A DNA stretch of 64,000 nt from Octopus vulgaris (lineage: Eukaryota): assembly GCA_951406725.2 (NCBI GenBank), contig OX597815.1, positions 38,750,001-38,814,000 of the forward strand, in the 5' to 3' direction. Below the pieces are notes generated by a model that saw only the letters and a list, made by a program, of their open reading frames with translations, did no database searches and was not told the origin of the DNA. Made by a program: the position numbers and the translations under genes. This document shows, piece after piece, positions 13,976-26,974 of this stretch. Numbering within the stretch: the stretch's first letter is position 1; every line of letters begins with the position of its first letter.

Positions 13976-14778
13976 TAGTAGAAGGAATAGCTATATCTTT
14001 TAGCTTTTAGTAGAAGGAATAGCTATATCTCTTTGACTGCTATTTCTATATTCGGTGTGTTGGTGAGGCAATTCGTTGCTAAACCCTTAATTACTTAGTA
14101 TTACTTAAATTTTCCTCGAATGGGGCTTTTACATGCCGAAATCTACTTGGTGTAATTGATAATTATCCCTAATTAATTAATTTCACCCTTTATTATTACT
14201 GATAACCATATTTTATCCCAGTAAATGACCGCAGCATTTTGTCTTGGCTACACGCGGGTGGAAGGGGGCTGGTGACACAAACTTTCATTCAAACTTTGAA
14301 TTTCGTGGTACTGGTCATGCTTTGGCTCGCTCTGACACTGAGTTGAGATGATGCATTCTAGTATCTCAAAATTTAATATACAATTATTCATAATTGTCGT
14401 ATCCTGCGCCGATGAGAGAAGAAGTTTGGGTAAAGTAGAATTTTCTAATTCTTATGCTATCCTAAAACTTGATCTCGAAACGTACGTCCGTAGGTAACTT
14501 AAAATTGCATGATAGATTGCCGTCATTTCATTCTTTCTTTCTTACCTGTCTGTGTTTGCCTTTCAAGTGCTGTGTTTTTACTGAGATCCCCCTTTTAGTA
14601 GAAGGAATAGCTATATCTCTTTGACTGCTATTTCTATATTCGGTGTGTTGGTGAGGCAATTCGTTGCTAAAACCTTAATTACTTAGTATTACTTAAATTT
14701 TCCTCGAATGGGGCTTTTACATGCCGAAATCTACTTGGTGTAATTGATAATTATCCCTAATTAATTAATTTCACCCTT

Positions 14779-14784
<6 letters not shown>
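13976..14784 (+). mobile_element. non-coding HHR-bearing unit with ~190 bp terminal direct repeat (PLE pLTR/retrozyme-like), in TA-rich site
   Basis: 14005-14196 repeated near-identically at 14594-14784; HHR between; ends in (TA)n. Confidence 0.75.
14403..14494 (+). ncRNA. type I hammerhead ribozyme motif with long stem II
   Basis: cctgcg-CCGATGA-gaga..tctc-GAAA-cgtacg-TC-cgtagg; one core change (U4C). Confidence 0.8.
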
Positions 14785-14812
<28 letters not shown>

Positions 14813-15044
14813 GTATGTATGTATGCATATATATATATATAATTGTATGTATATATGTATGTGTATATATATATATATATATAATCAACCGAAATTGCGA
14901 GGATAATCTGGTGCTTGACTGAGGAAAGAAATTTTCGTATGACCCGTCCTTGTTTTCTTTGTATCGTCTACCTGGATGTTTTGTCGTCCTATTTTTGTAT
15001 TACCTAGCTGTTCGGATGTTTTGCTTTCTTGTCCCATTTTGTAT

Positions 15045-15170
<126 letters not shown>

Positions 15171-15244
15171 TGTGTGACCGCGTGTGTACCGTTAGTGATT
15201 TTTTTCCCTCTGTCTTCCCTTCTCTGGATTTTTCCTTTTCCTAT

Positions 15245-15279
15245 GTTTCTGACGAAGAGCTCCGCTCGAAACGTAAAAC
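15245..15279 (+). ncRNA. minimal type I hammerhead ribozyme motif
   Basis: gttt-CTGACGA-a-gagc tcc gctc-GAAA-cg-TA-aaac. Confidence 0.8.
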
Positions 15280-15387
15280 CCTCCTTCTTCCCTTCCTCCC
15301 TGAGCGTCCAATAATACTATATTTGTCCCACGTCCTCGCGTTGTTGTGTTTTCTCTTTATGTTTTCATGTTTGGATTAACTATATAT

Positions 15388-15446
<59 letters not shown>

Positions 15447-15629
15447 TGCATGATGAATGTCCCGTTGATTTCGACACATAATCATATAGTGTATGACACA
15501 GTTATTAAATTGGCTTCAAACTTAAACAGGAGTTTCGAACCTCTACTCGTTGTGAATTATGTCCAATATGAGAACATTTAAACAAGTGTTATGGCAGTGC
15601 AGGAGATGACTCTTTCTTTCTGTCAAACG

Positions 15630-16366
<737 letters not shown>

Positions 16367-16599
16367 TATATGTCTATCTATCTATCTAGCTATTATCTAT
16401 CGATATATATATATATATAAATTGTATATATGGTTATACTAGAGATATGTACTACGTACCAATATATGATGTATAGAGTGCAAACATTATCTGATATGTA
16501 ATTCAAAATATTGTATTGAGTGGATAGATATATTTATTTATCAATGTTGGCAGTCTGCCCTTTACGTCTGTGGAGAACAAAATGGGACTTTGTTATTTA

Positions 16600-17148
16600 T
16601 GTCCATAATAAAAACCATAAACATAAATTTTTTGCCAGCGTGGATAGCCAATATACATAAAAGCATTATTCCCCCAGTCAGGAGGATATTCATTATTAGA
16701 CATAGAATTAAAATCTCAAACTATTTAAATAGAGAGCTCAATGACAGCCAGAAGTTACTGTAGAGATTGAAAATAAATCAGATGGGAAAGAAAGGGAAGA
16801 AAAAGAAACCAAGGCAGTCGAAAATGTAAAAATAAAAGACATTATATTAGCCTCGGTGATCTACTAGACAGAACCACTATTTCAAGAAAAGACTCACTGA
16901 CTGCAGATCCCCTACGGATAAGTGAAATACTAAATAAACAATTCCAAAGTGTTTTCACCTGCTCGCTGGGCATATCCAAATGAATTAGTGGGATTAGTTC
17001 TTCAAAACTGTAAATCAAAACAAGGAAGAGGTAAGCATAGATATCGATAAGATGAAATTGAACACAGAATAGGGCCCTGATGATTTTTCCAGTTATTCAT
17101 TTAAAGATATGCAAGAAAGCTCTCGCAAAACCACTGCCGATACATTTC
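16600..17148 (+). mobile_element. decayed APE-type LINE ORF2 fragment (CR1/L2-like)
   Basis: EILNKQFQSVFT, GPDD, LKICKKALAKPL motifs. Confidence 0.6.
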
Positions 17149-17714
17149 TATATATATGTGTGTGTATGTGTGTACGTGTGTGTCTGTGTGAAGATGTGTT
17201 TGTAAGCGTTTGTGTATTGCTTAGTTTACGTGTGTGTTGCTTGCAGTTTTTTTCCGGCATATTCAAATACTAGTAATTATGCCATTAAATTTATACAATG
17301 TATTTGTATTGGCATTAGAGTGACTATTAACGTGACGGTAATCTGATGTCAAATTTCTTAAGGGGATCAGTAACATCCATTACAATTACCATCTACTCGA
17401 ATACCTTAGCTAATTATCATTATTCACATGGAAGGGCTTCAAATTGAGTATTAGAATGTTTTACTATGTCAAACCAAAAATCAGTACACTCACTGTGTGA
17501 GTGTGTACGAGTGTGTGTGAGAGTGTGTGAGAGCGTACGTGTGAACGTCTGTGTGTATATCTATATGTGCATGCGTGTGTGCGCGCGCGCGTTGTCTGTC
17601 TTACATAGACCTCTTAAAAATCCCTGCCACCACCAGAGATGTGAATGTTTTCTACAATCTGAAGGTGTAAATATCGGTATATTTCGGTATGGTCAATTCT
17701 TTTAGTGTTTTTTG

Positions 17715-18040
17715 TTTTGCCAAATAAACACATTCGTTAAACTTCACTCGTTTATTATTGTTCTTATTTTAACTGATGTCCATTGCCCGGAAATCTTTCG
17801 TCACACATCTGTGACCTCTTCAGCGACCTTTTCCGTCCATGTGTGTCTTCCTGTTCCTTTTAGTCCATCTTTAGTCTATGGACTAAACGGAGCAGGAGCA
17901 TGCACAATGACGGAAAGTTTAGCTGAAGAGGTCACGGATGTGTGACGAAAGATTTCCGGACAATGTACATCAGTTAAAATGAGAACAGTAATAAACGTGT
18001 GAAGAACGAATATATGGTGTATGTGTTTATTTGGCAAAAA
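17715..18040. repeat. imperfect ~325 bp palindrome with an HHR motif in each arm
   Basis: Arms centred on ~17874; CTGAAGA-g-gtcac..gtgac-GAAA-gatt-TC at 17923-17956 (+) and 17785-17828 (-). Confidence 0.8.
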
Positions 18041-18190
18041 AAAAGTGCCGAAATATAACAATATCGATTTCACATCAGGAATCTTGCAACACAAATTCGT
18101 AAACGTTATGACGATGTAAACATTATGAATATATTCCATCGCCGAAGGCTGTAGACAAAACCGTTGGGACAGTGGGAAAAATGCTTTTTA

Positions 18191-18757
18191 TTGGGTTGTC
18201 CGGAAAGTTCGTGCCGATTTTTAAAGGAAAGAAAAAGATCAATAAATACTTGCCATTATATTTTTAATCAACCAAATATGAACCATTTTTTGGGCACAAT
18301 ATGTCTCCATCTTTCCTTTAACTTGAAAATACCCTCTTTCCAGAATTGAGGTGATTTCATGGCAAAGAATTCATCAAGTTATCTTTTTACGTCATCCAAA
18401 GAATTGAAATTTTTACCATTAAGTCTATTCTGCAGAGATCTGAACAAATGGAAATCCGAAGGAGCAATATCTGGTGACTATGGAGGGTTGGGTAACACAT
18501 CCCAGCCGATCCGCAGCAATTTTTGTCTGGTTCCCAAAGCATCAAGAGCCGAAAAGGAATTTTCTTATCTTCCATATTAAAGGGTTACAAAATTAACATA
18601 GGTAATAGGAACATAAACCTTCTCCCACGAAAAGATAGCTTAAACTGTGCTCTAAATGGGGGTGTAATCAAATCCTATTTCATAGACTCAACCATGTTCT
18701 AAAATAAGTCGAAATGTAAGCTACTATAAATCGGCACGAACTTTCAGGACAACCCAA
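18191..18757 (-). mobile_element. internally deleted mariner
   Basis: TIRs ttgggttgtccggaaagttcgtgccgattt / aaatcggcacgaactttcaggacaacccaa, TA TSD; SPDIAPSDFHLFRSLQN on minus strand. Confidence 0.92.
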
Positions 18758-19056
18758 TAGTATGAATTCCAAATTCCACTAAGATCAACTTTTTACTTAT
18801 TATATATCCAGGATTGGTAATACACGTACTACCGTAGATCTATAGAATTGTGCCAGAGTTAGAAAAACAAGATGTACTACTCTTAAATCAAGACTTGCAG
18901 TAACGTAAGCTGTTTTATTGAATCGTAATTGACTACGGGTATTTCCTTTGAATACATCTAGAAAATCATTAACCAGAATTTGTGTATTAAACGTTCGCTT
19001 TTTTAAATAATTGGTTGGCATTTGTGTATTCAAGTATGTTTTCTTATTTTATACCA

Positions 19057-19194
<138 letters not shown>

Positions 19195-19196
19195 CC

Positions 19197-19241
<45 letters not shown>

Positions 19242-20762
19242 TGATGCATACATACATGTGTGTGTGTCTGTGTATGTGTATGTATGTGTTTGTGTGTATG
19301 TGTGTGTGTGTGTGTGTACATGTGTATAAAAGTTTTTCAAATTTATATATATATATCTGAACGCCTAACAAATAAAATACCAAACTTGCTGCAACTTAAA
19401 TGAAACTTTAAATGTATATCACAAAAAGCTTTTCCATAACTAACTGGAGAGTAATTTTATGAGCTAATATTAAACCAGCTTTTTTCTTGTGAAAGACTAA
19501 TAGATCAAAACAAAAATGTGATTATTTTCTTTCAGCAAGCACAAAATTATATAAAAGGTATTAGCAGACATGAAAAAATATCTGGCAGCTAAATTGTGTA
19601 ATGATGTCTAAGTATAAACGAAGGAGAAGAAAATTGAACTTTTTCTTTCATTTGCGCAATCAGTGCCTGTCATGGCTTCTATTCTATCACCACACAGCAG
19701 AGTAACTATGAGAAAAAATGTTTTAACCTTCAGAACAAAATTAGAAAATTTGCGAATAAATTGTTTCAGTAGCATCAAAATCAAAAGTTTGCTTATTTCC
19801 TACTTTCTGGCGATTTATCAAAACAGATGGAATGACAGGTCCTCTAGGAAAGAATCAGGGAAAACGGTCAATTTGTGACGATATATAAACTGATTTCTTT
19901 CATTTGGCGCAGCTACGTAATTCGAGAGAAGAGTAGGCTCATGATAGAATTAGTATGGTATTTAACTTGCTGAACTGTAAAGCGATGTGAAAAGAAGTCA
20001 ATCATAACAGCCTTTATATTCCAAATATGCCGGTATATAACTGAATATTGTATTACTACAGTTACTCTCGCATTTTATGTCCTCTCTTTCCCAACATTAT
20101 CTTCTGATGAAAGTAGTGAAATACTTGAATATGGATTGACCAGATTTGCATCGGTTTTTAAAGCAAGGCACCTTTGACAATGACAACAGTGAGAGCTTAG
20201 TGATATTCTAAGGTACCTAGATTATGTGACATGTTACGGCCTGGTAAGTTAGTGTGTCTGCTAACAAAACAAACTGTAACAGTATAATCTACTTTGTACA
20301 GCGAGCTTATTGCATAACGACAAATACACATTAATATAAAATACTTTAATGCTAAAACTCCAATGACTGTTTATAAGGACGTCATTTCTGAAGAAAGATT
20401 ACAGCAAATCTAATTCATTTTTCATCATGATAATTAATCGTTAAATCTATTCAAGGATTGTGTGAAATATGTTCAGAATTTCAGATTGCTATGAGACTAA
20501 TAACTTTAAATGTAAAATTATGATTATATTTCAACAAGCAAAGTAGCTAGTTAGAAAATTTCTATAAGAGATGAAAGTAATAAGATATTATAAGAAGCAA
20601 TATTTATCGCCACTTCAACATGGCTATTCCATAAGAACCAACATTACCACCGTTTTTAACCCTAGGAGGAGCCTCCACCAGCTGGTTATCGATGCAATCT
20701 GCATCCGATATATATTGAAAGCAGGAGAGCGAATCCCTACCATCCTCTAGCAGACGATGGGA

Positions 20763-20811
20763 CCACCAGACAGTACGGTTTCGAATTATTTGTGCTCATC
20801 TTCAGTGGTGG
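20763..20811 (-). ncRNA. type I hammerhead ribozyme motif
   Basis: ccacca-CTGAAGA-t-gag..ttc-GAAA-ccgtactg-TC-tggtgg; decayed partner at 21285-21333 (+). Confidence 0.8.
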
Positions 20812-21014
20812 ACAACCGTCCGTTAGAGATAGCAGTGATTCGCTCCAGCTCGCAATATATAGAAAAATAAGTGACAATCAAGCATTGATCTGGCAACAAG
20901 CAAAGTAGTGAGTTAGAAAATATCTGTAAGAGATGAAAGTAGCAACTATACTGAGAAGTAATGTTTATCGCCACTTATGGCTGTTCCTTGAAAAGATCAG
21001 TGACTGATTGTCAC

Positions 21015-21226
21015 ATTTAGCACGCCGGGCGAAATGCGTAGCCGTATTTCGTCTGCCGTTACGTTCTAAGTTCAAATTCCGCCGAGGTCGACTTTGCCTT
21101 TCATCCTTTCGGGGTCGATAAATTAAGTACCAGTTATGCAATGGGATCGATGTAATCGTCTTAATTCGTTTGTCTGTCCTTGTTTGTCCCCTCTATGTTT
21201 AGCTCCTTGTGGGTAATAAAGGAACA
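21015..21226 (+). mobile_element. tRNA-derived SINE, 5' truncated
   Basis: Near-identical to 8750-8957. Confidence 0.88.
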
Positions 21227-23797
21227 TACTTTTCGATATATTATGAACTGGAGCGAATTACTACAATCTCTAACGGACGGGTGTCCACCACTAGGGATGA
21301 GTACAAATAACTCGAAACCATACGGTCTGATGGTCCCGTCATCTGCTAGAAGATGGTAGGGGTTCACTTCACTGCTTGCAATATACATCGGGTGCAGATT
21401 GCATCGATAACGAGCTGGAGGAGGTTCCCCCAGGTGTTAAAAGCGGTAGTAACATCGGCTCTTATCGAACAGCCATGTTGAAGTGACGATAAACGTTACT
21501 TTTTATAATTAACTTAACCATCTAAGAGTTTGAAATTGATGCTATAAACACGTCTGATGTTTTCATTTATAATGGTAAAAGACATTTATATAACTATATT
21601 GTTTCTTTATGTATTGCCTTGATATCTTCCTAAAACTCTAAAAAAATTTAAGGACTTTGTTTCAACAGCAGAGTGCACTGAGGTACAATTGTATTATAGG
21701 CTAGCAGTAACTTTCTATTTGTAGACTGTTGCCTCTTAGTGTATAGTTGTCCATAAACAGAGATTTCCTTCTATGTCTTACCATTTTATTTTTATATTCA
21801 ATGTTTTTTTGTGTCTGCGTATATGTCTGTGTGTATTTATTTGTATCTATTTTTAATTCCGTTCTCTTAACTGAATATTTGATCAGATGTCTCCTCACAT
21901 CTGCATTAAATATTCCGTTCGTTCATAATTTTCTTATCTTATAAGAAAATTGTAATTTCTTTTTTTTCTTCTAGGCTTCTATTATACTCGCAGGTAATTT
22001 GATTACACAAAGGATATGAGAGTTTTTACTTTTAGAAAATATATCTATATCTGGGAAATAATGTTATTAATAATTCCCAATTTTTTCATTAATAACATTA
22101 ATAAATTCACGAACAGTTACATCGTTAGTCATTTGAATTCAAATATAACTCCAGTGAACCAATTAATTGTTCAGTTTATTATCAGATATGAAAGCAAAGA
22201 ACGATGTTTGTGTGCTCGACTTTTGAAAAGTTGTTTGTTATGAAAGTAACAGGTGATGTTTGTGAGCTCGATTTTTTGACTTCTAGCATCGTTCACACAT
22301 CAGTGACAATATAACACTGCGATTCATGGGAAGAGCGATGCCTTCAGTCATTTCGTAAAATATTGTTATTGCAGTAACATGTATTATATGCCGCAGACTC
22401 TTCGTAATGAATTGTTTAAATTTGCTTGATTTATCTGCGGTCATGGTAATTTTCATTTGAAAGTAGTTGAGTTTATTGAGTTTACAATGAGAAATATTCA
22501 TTCAAGTTCAACATGCATATTTTATAACGTTTCAGATTTTTCTTTGAAGCGCTTCTTTATATATTCTTTTTGGTTCTCCTTATTATATTCTGTTTATTTA
22601 CAACAACTTTTGCTCTGAATAATCACCAAGTCTTTATGTTACAATGTTACGTATAATGGTGATATGTTCTTCCCACGGCATCCTACTTTGTAACTTTTCA
22701 CGTAGAATTTTAAATGTTTTTTTTTTCAACGACAACCTACGATTCACCTGTTGAGATGGATTTAACATGATCTATTTTTCATATTACCTTCACTATATAC
22801 TTTGCATTAAAACTCACGTTCTATAGCACGGTATCAAAAATTGTCTCATGTTGTTAATGGTTGATGAAATTTTTGAAAACTGTCTGGCAGCAAACATTCG
22901 CCTTAAATTAATCAGTTGAATACGTGACTTCGTTATATTCGAAGTAGGAGCTATAGGAGAGAGATAGCGAGAAAGAGAGAGAGAATGAGATAGATGGTGA
23001 GCGGTAGGAATGGAAAATATTAACAAATGTTATGGGACATCAACATTGCTGATGTAATTGTTGATTTTTGTCATCTTTTCTGTGTCTGGTGTTACGTTTC
23101 TATTTAATTGTTCCTTTTGTGATTGTAGCGTAAATGCTAGTTTCTTTTCTTAATTTGCTTCTTTCCAAACAATGAAGAAACGGTGCCTCCTTTTGAAACC
23201 GCTTCTGCATATGTTATCGAAAATTTATGCGTATACATATTTTAGATGAAAATATAGATGACTTTGTATTTATTCCCTCAAGGCTAACTGCATGTAATCT
23301 CTTAAAGTAAATTTATTAACCAGACAACAAAATTTTTGAAAATTTTCCTTTACATGACTTTCAGTACACGGAATATTGAATTTTATAATCTGAAGTTTTA
23401 AGTTTTACTAGCGTTGTGATAGCTACTAAGTCAGTTGTAAAGAAGTATATAATGGCTTGTGGTATTTATACGAACTTCTATTAATCAGCATAGTTGGTGG
23501 TTATAAAATACACTTTAGGGGCTAGCAACTTCTGCCGTTCACTAACATAGTCAATTGCGATGCCCTACGCACTCATAGTTGATTATAACCATGTCAACAC
23601 ATGCTAATTTGTAATTGACTTCATGCAATACATAACAACGCCACTTCCTGATGACAAACTCGGTCTCTTCCACAAATTGTATTGGTATCACAGTGCTATC
23701 AAATTCACCAGGTACTGTAAAGCAACCTTGTATAGTTTATCGAGTCTACTTGTATTATAGTTAAAACAACATGTATATATATATATATATATATATA

Positions 23798-24023
23798 CTT
23801 TATTTAAAGCAGCAGAAAATTCAACAAAATCTGTTACTCTGAGTTTCTCGTTGCCGTTCATCAGACAGTTTTTGCTAGAAAAACTGTCTGATGAACGGCA
23901 ACGAGAAACTCAGAGTAACAGATTTTGTTGAATTTTCTGCTGCTTTAAATAAAGCATATTACTCTACCACTGGTATTTGAGTACTCTTTTTTCCACCTTG
24001 TTTCACACTTATGTGTTTACTCC

Positions 24024-24026
<3 letters not shown>
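23798..24026. repeat. foldback element: perfect 76 bp inverted repeat plus ~70 bp tail, inside (TA)n
   Basis: 23798-23873 is the exact reverse complement of 23879-23954; spacer gctag. Confidence 0.92.
23884..23921 (+). ncRNA. minimal type I hammerhead motif (mirror copy at 23831-23868, -)
   Basis: ctgt-CTGATGA-acg gcaa cga-GAAA-ctcagag-TA-acag. Confidence 0.8.
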
Positions 24027-24072
<46 letters not shown>

Positions 24073-24074
<2 letters not shown>

Positions 24075-24351
24075 CTTATAAATAAGGGCAAACGAAAACA
24101 TTTCTAATGCCAAATATGCCGAAATTGTAACTATTGTCCATAACCATTTAATTTTTCACAATACGCACAATGCGTATTGTGAAAAATTAAATGATTATGG
24201 ACAATAGTTCCAATTTCGGCATATTTGGCATTAGAAATGTTTTCGTTTGCCCTTATTTATAAGTTGTTTATAATTTTAACCTTTAAAGGTATTTTTTAAT
24301 ATGCTGGACATTGATAAAATTTTTTTTTCGAAAAAATTTTATCCTACATTA
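24073..24351. repeat. foldback element: 95 bp inverted repeat (2 mismatches) plus ~85 bp tail, inside (TA)n
   Basis: 24073-24167 vs 24171-24265, spacer caa. Confidence 0.9.
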
Positions 24352-24414
24352 AATATATATATATATATATATGTTCTGCATATATTTATTTGTATTTATG
24401 TGCCTATCTGATTT

Positions 24415-24474
24415 ATTCAACTGATGAGGCAAAGCTTATATTTAAAGCAAAGTTAGAAATCCAGGATCTTGAAT
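24415..24474 (+). ncRNA. type I hammerhead motif within a ~330 bp (TA)n-flanked unit
   Basis: attcaa-CTGATGA-ggc aaa gctt..aagc aaa gtt a-GAAA-tccagga-TC-ttgaat. Confidence 0.75.
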
Positions 24475-24698
24475 TATTCATTTATACTTTTTACTAGTCT
24501 ATTTTGTCTCTCAGTCTTATCTCATGTGCGATATGAACATTTAATGTGGTTCTTAGAGTCAGGGTTTTGACTGCTATTTCGGCATGGTGGTGTCTCTCAG
24601 ACACCCTTATTTTTAGTTGTAAAAAAATTATTACCTTTGTATGGTATTTTTCCCATGTTGGCCACTAGATAATATCGATATTTAAATATCGATATTAT

Positions 24699-24755
<57 letters not shown>

Positions 24756-24850
24756 CCTTTAATTGGAATAGTTTCCAAAAGATTTCAAACGTTGATTTTT
24801 CATACTTTACTTTGAATTTACTGATGCAAATTGGCGTAGATATGAAAGGT

Positions 24851-25380
24851 TATATAAGTATATTAAGTTTATGATTTAAGTTATAGAACGAAGTTCGACA
24901 AATTCAATCATGTTTTTCATAAATAGAGGAGATTAGATGTTAATATGGAATAAAATATTTTTATTCGTTTCACTATACGATTGTTTCGTACAGAAAGACA
25001 ATAAATTCATTCTAAGAATCTGTGTTGTCAAAGTCTTTTAACATAAGTGTCTTAAATAGACATGCCTTCTAAAGTGTTTAAATAGACAAGACTCCAAGAA
25101 CAAATACACATTAAAAAACTTAGTAAAAACACCGTACCCCTGTAATTTTAAAGTCCCTCTTTTTTATTTATTTACTTTTTATTATTTTTTTCGTATTGTG
25201 CTACTCAGATTCTTAAAATGAATTTATTGTTTTTCTGTACGAAGCGATCATATACCGAAATGAATAAATATATATTTTATTCCATATTAACATCTAATTT
25301 CCTCCATTTATGAAAAATATGATTGAAATTGGTGAACTTCGATCTATAACTTAAATCATAAACTTAATATACTTATATAT
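24851..25380. repeat. inverted-repeat element with ~170 bp diverged arms and TA-rich ends
   Basis: 24851-25024 vs 25203-25378 reverse complement. Confidence 0.8.
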
Positions 25381-25385
25381 ATATA

Positions 25386-25530
25386 TACGACGGTCTTCTT
25401 TCAGTTTCCGTCTACTAGATCCACTAACAAGGCTTTGGTCTGTCCGAGGCTTTAGTAGAAGACACTTGCCACAAGGTGCCACGCACATGGACTGAACCCA
25501 GAACCATGTGGTTGATAAGTATGCTACTTT
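25386..25530 (-). mobile_element. fragment of a second tRNA-derived SINE family
   Basis: Matches 26810-26950. Confidence 0.75.
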
Positions 25531-25999
25531 ATTTCAAAACATTTGCCATAAAAGCATGATACAAAGTAGCTTGCGGGCTGGACAAAGACATTGATGAGGT
25601 GAATGATGGTTAGAATATTAATGGGAGAAGACAAAAAACGCCCACTGAATAAAAATGAGGTAATGAACCTCTAACTTCAGTATTACAATTTTTGGACTAA
25701 TAGTTCATTTAACACTTATAAATATTTTGACCATTCTGTAGGGTCGCAAAATATGTTGAAACAGTAGCCGTTTCTATAATGGTTAATGAGACGAGAATCA
25801 ACTCAAATGAGGAATGCTATGATTTTACACAGTTTAATTAAAAGATGAGATAATCATGTTCTCCGCATTTATTAAAATTTGTTTTACCCTCTACGAACAG
25901 GACTACACTGATACATATTCATCGGAGCACAACGATTTCGACTTTTCAGGATCAATGTTCTTCATAATATTTTTAGCGCACCGCTCTAAAGCCTATACA

Positions 26000-26552
26000 A
26001 GTAATAAATGTTTCTAACAAAGGCACAAGACCTGACATCTGAGGGATCGCTGTTAACTAATTAAATTGACTTTGTACTTGGCTGGTGTTTTGCTTTATTG
26101 ACCTCGAAGTGTTAAAAGGCAAAGATGGAGCTAGTGTGATTGAAACGCAGAATATAAAGACTGGAATTAATATCAGTTTCAATTTTTGGCACAAAGCCAG
26201 CAATTCAGAGGATGGCTTAAGACGATTACGTCGACCCCAGTGTTCAGCTTGTACTGGAACTAATATTGCAAAGTATTTTTTTCTAATGATCTAACGATTC
26301 TCTTAGTTCAATGTTCTTAATTTACAAGCAATATAAGTTTCAAAGTTTGGCACAGGGGTAGTAATTTAGGGGGAGGAGTTAAGTTAATTATATCGATCTC
26401 AGTGCTCAACCACTGGGTACCTATTTTATCGATCCGGAATGGATGAAAGGCAAAGTCGTCCATGGCAGTATCTGAACTCAGAACGTTAAGTCGGAAGAAG
26501 TAACACTAAGCATTTTTTCCGGTGCGGTAACCATTCTGGCAGCTTGCCGCCT
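26000..26552 (-). mobile_element. cluster of diverged SINE fragments
   Basis: Repeated ggcacaag.. tail, ggatgaaaggcaaagtcg, gaactcagaacg motifs. Confidence 0.65.
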
Positions 26553-26559
26553 TGACTAG

Positions 26560-26974
26560 TACTCTCTCTTTCTCTCTTTTACTTGTTTCAGTAATTTGGC
26601 TGCGGCCATGCTGGAGCACCGCCTTTAGTCGAGCAAATCGACCCCAGGACTTATTCTATTGTAAGCCCAGTACTTATTCTATCGGTCTCTTTTGCCGAAC
26701 CGCTAAGTGACGGGGACGTAAACACACCAGCATCGGTTGTCAAGCAATGCTAGGGGGACAAACACAGACACACAAACACACACACACATATATATATATA
26801 ATGCATATATACGACAGCTTATCTCAGTTTCCATCTGCCAAATCCACTCACAAGGCATTGGTCGGCCCGGGGCTATAGCAGAAGACACTTGCCCAAGATG
26901 CCACGCAGCGGGACTGAACCCGGAACCATGTGGTTGGTTAGCAAGCTCCTTACCCCACATCCACTCCTGCGCCT
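26560..26974 (-). mobile_element. full-length tRNA-derived SINE (second family) with internal microsatellite
   Basis: Head aggcgcaggagtgg..ccgggttcagtccc, body cttgggcaagtgtcttct, tail tgaaacaagtaaaagagag; second copy at 60958-61375. Confidence 0.85.

Larger units (their letters stand above)
20530..21510. repeat. inverted-repeat element (~280 bp arms) with HHR in each arm, partial tandem repeat and central SINE
   Basis: ~20595-20870 is the reverse complement of ~21225-21505; 20533-20630 recurs at 20893-20987. Confidence 0.8.

Noticed and set aside
20100-20130. ctgatgaaagtagtgaaa core-like match
   Set aside because: No supporting stems; expected by chance
25225-25270. HHR in the 24.85-25.38 kb inverted repeat (ctgtacga..gaaa)
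   Set aside because: Extra base in the core and no convincing stem II in either arm
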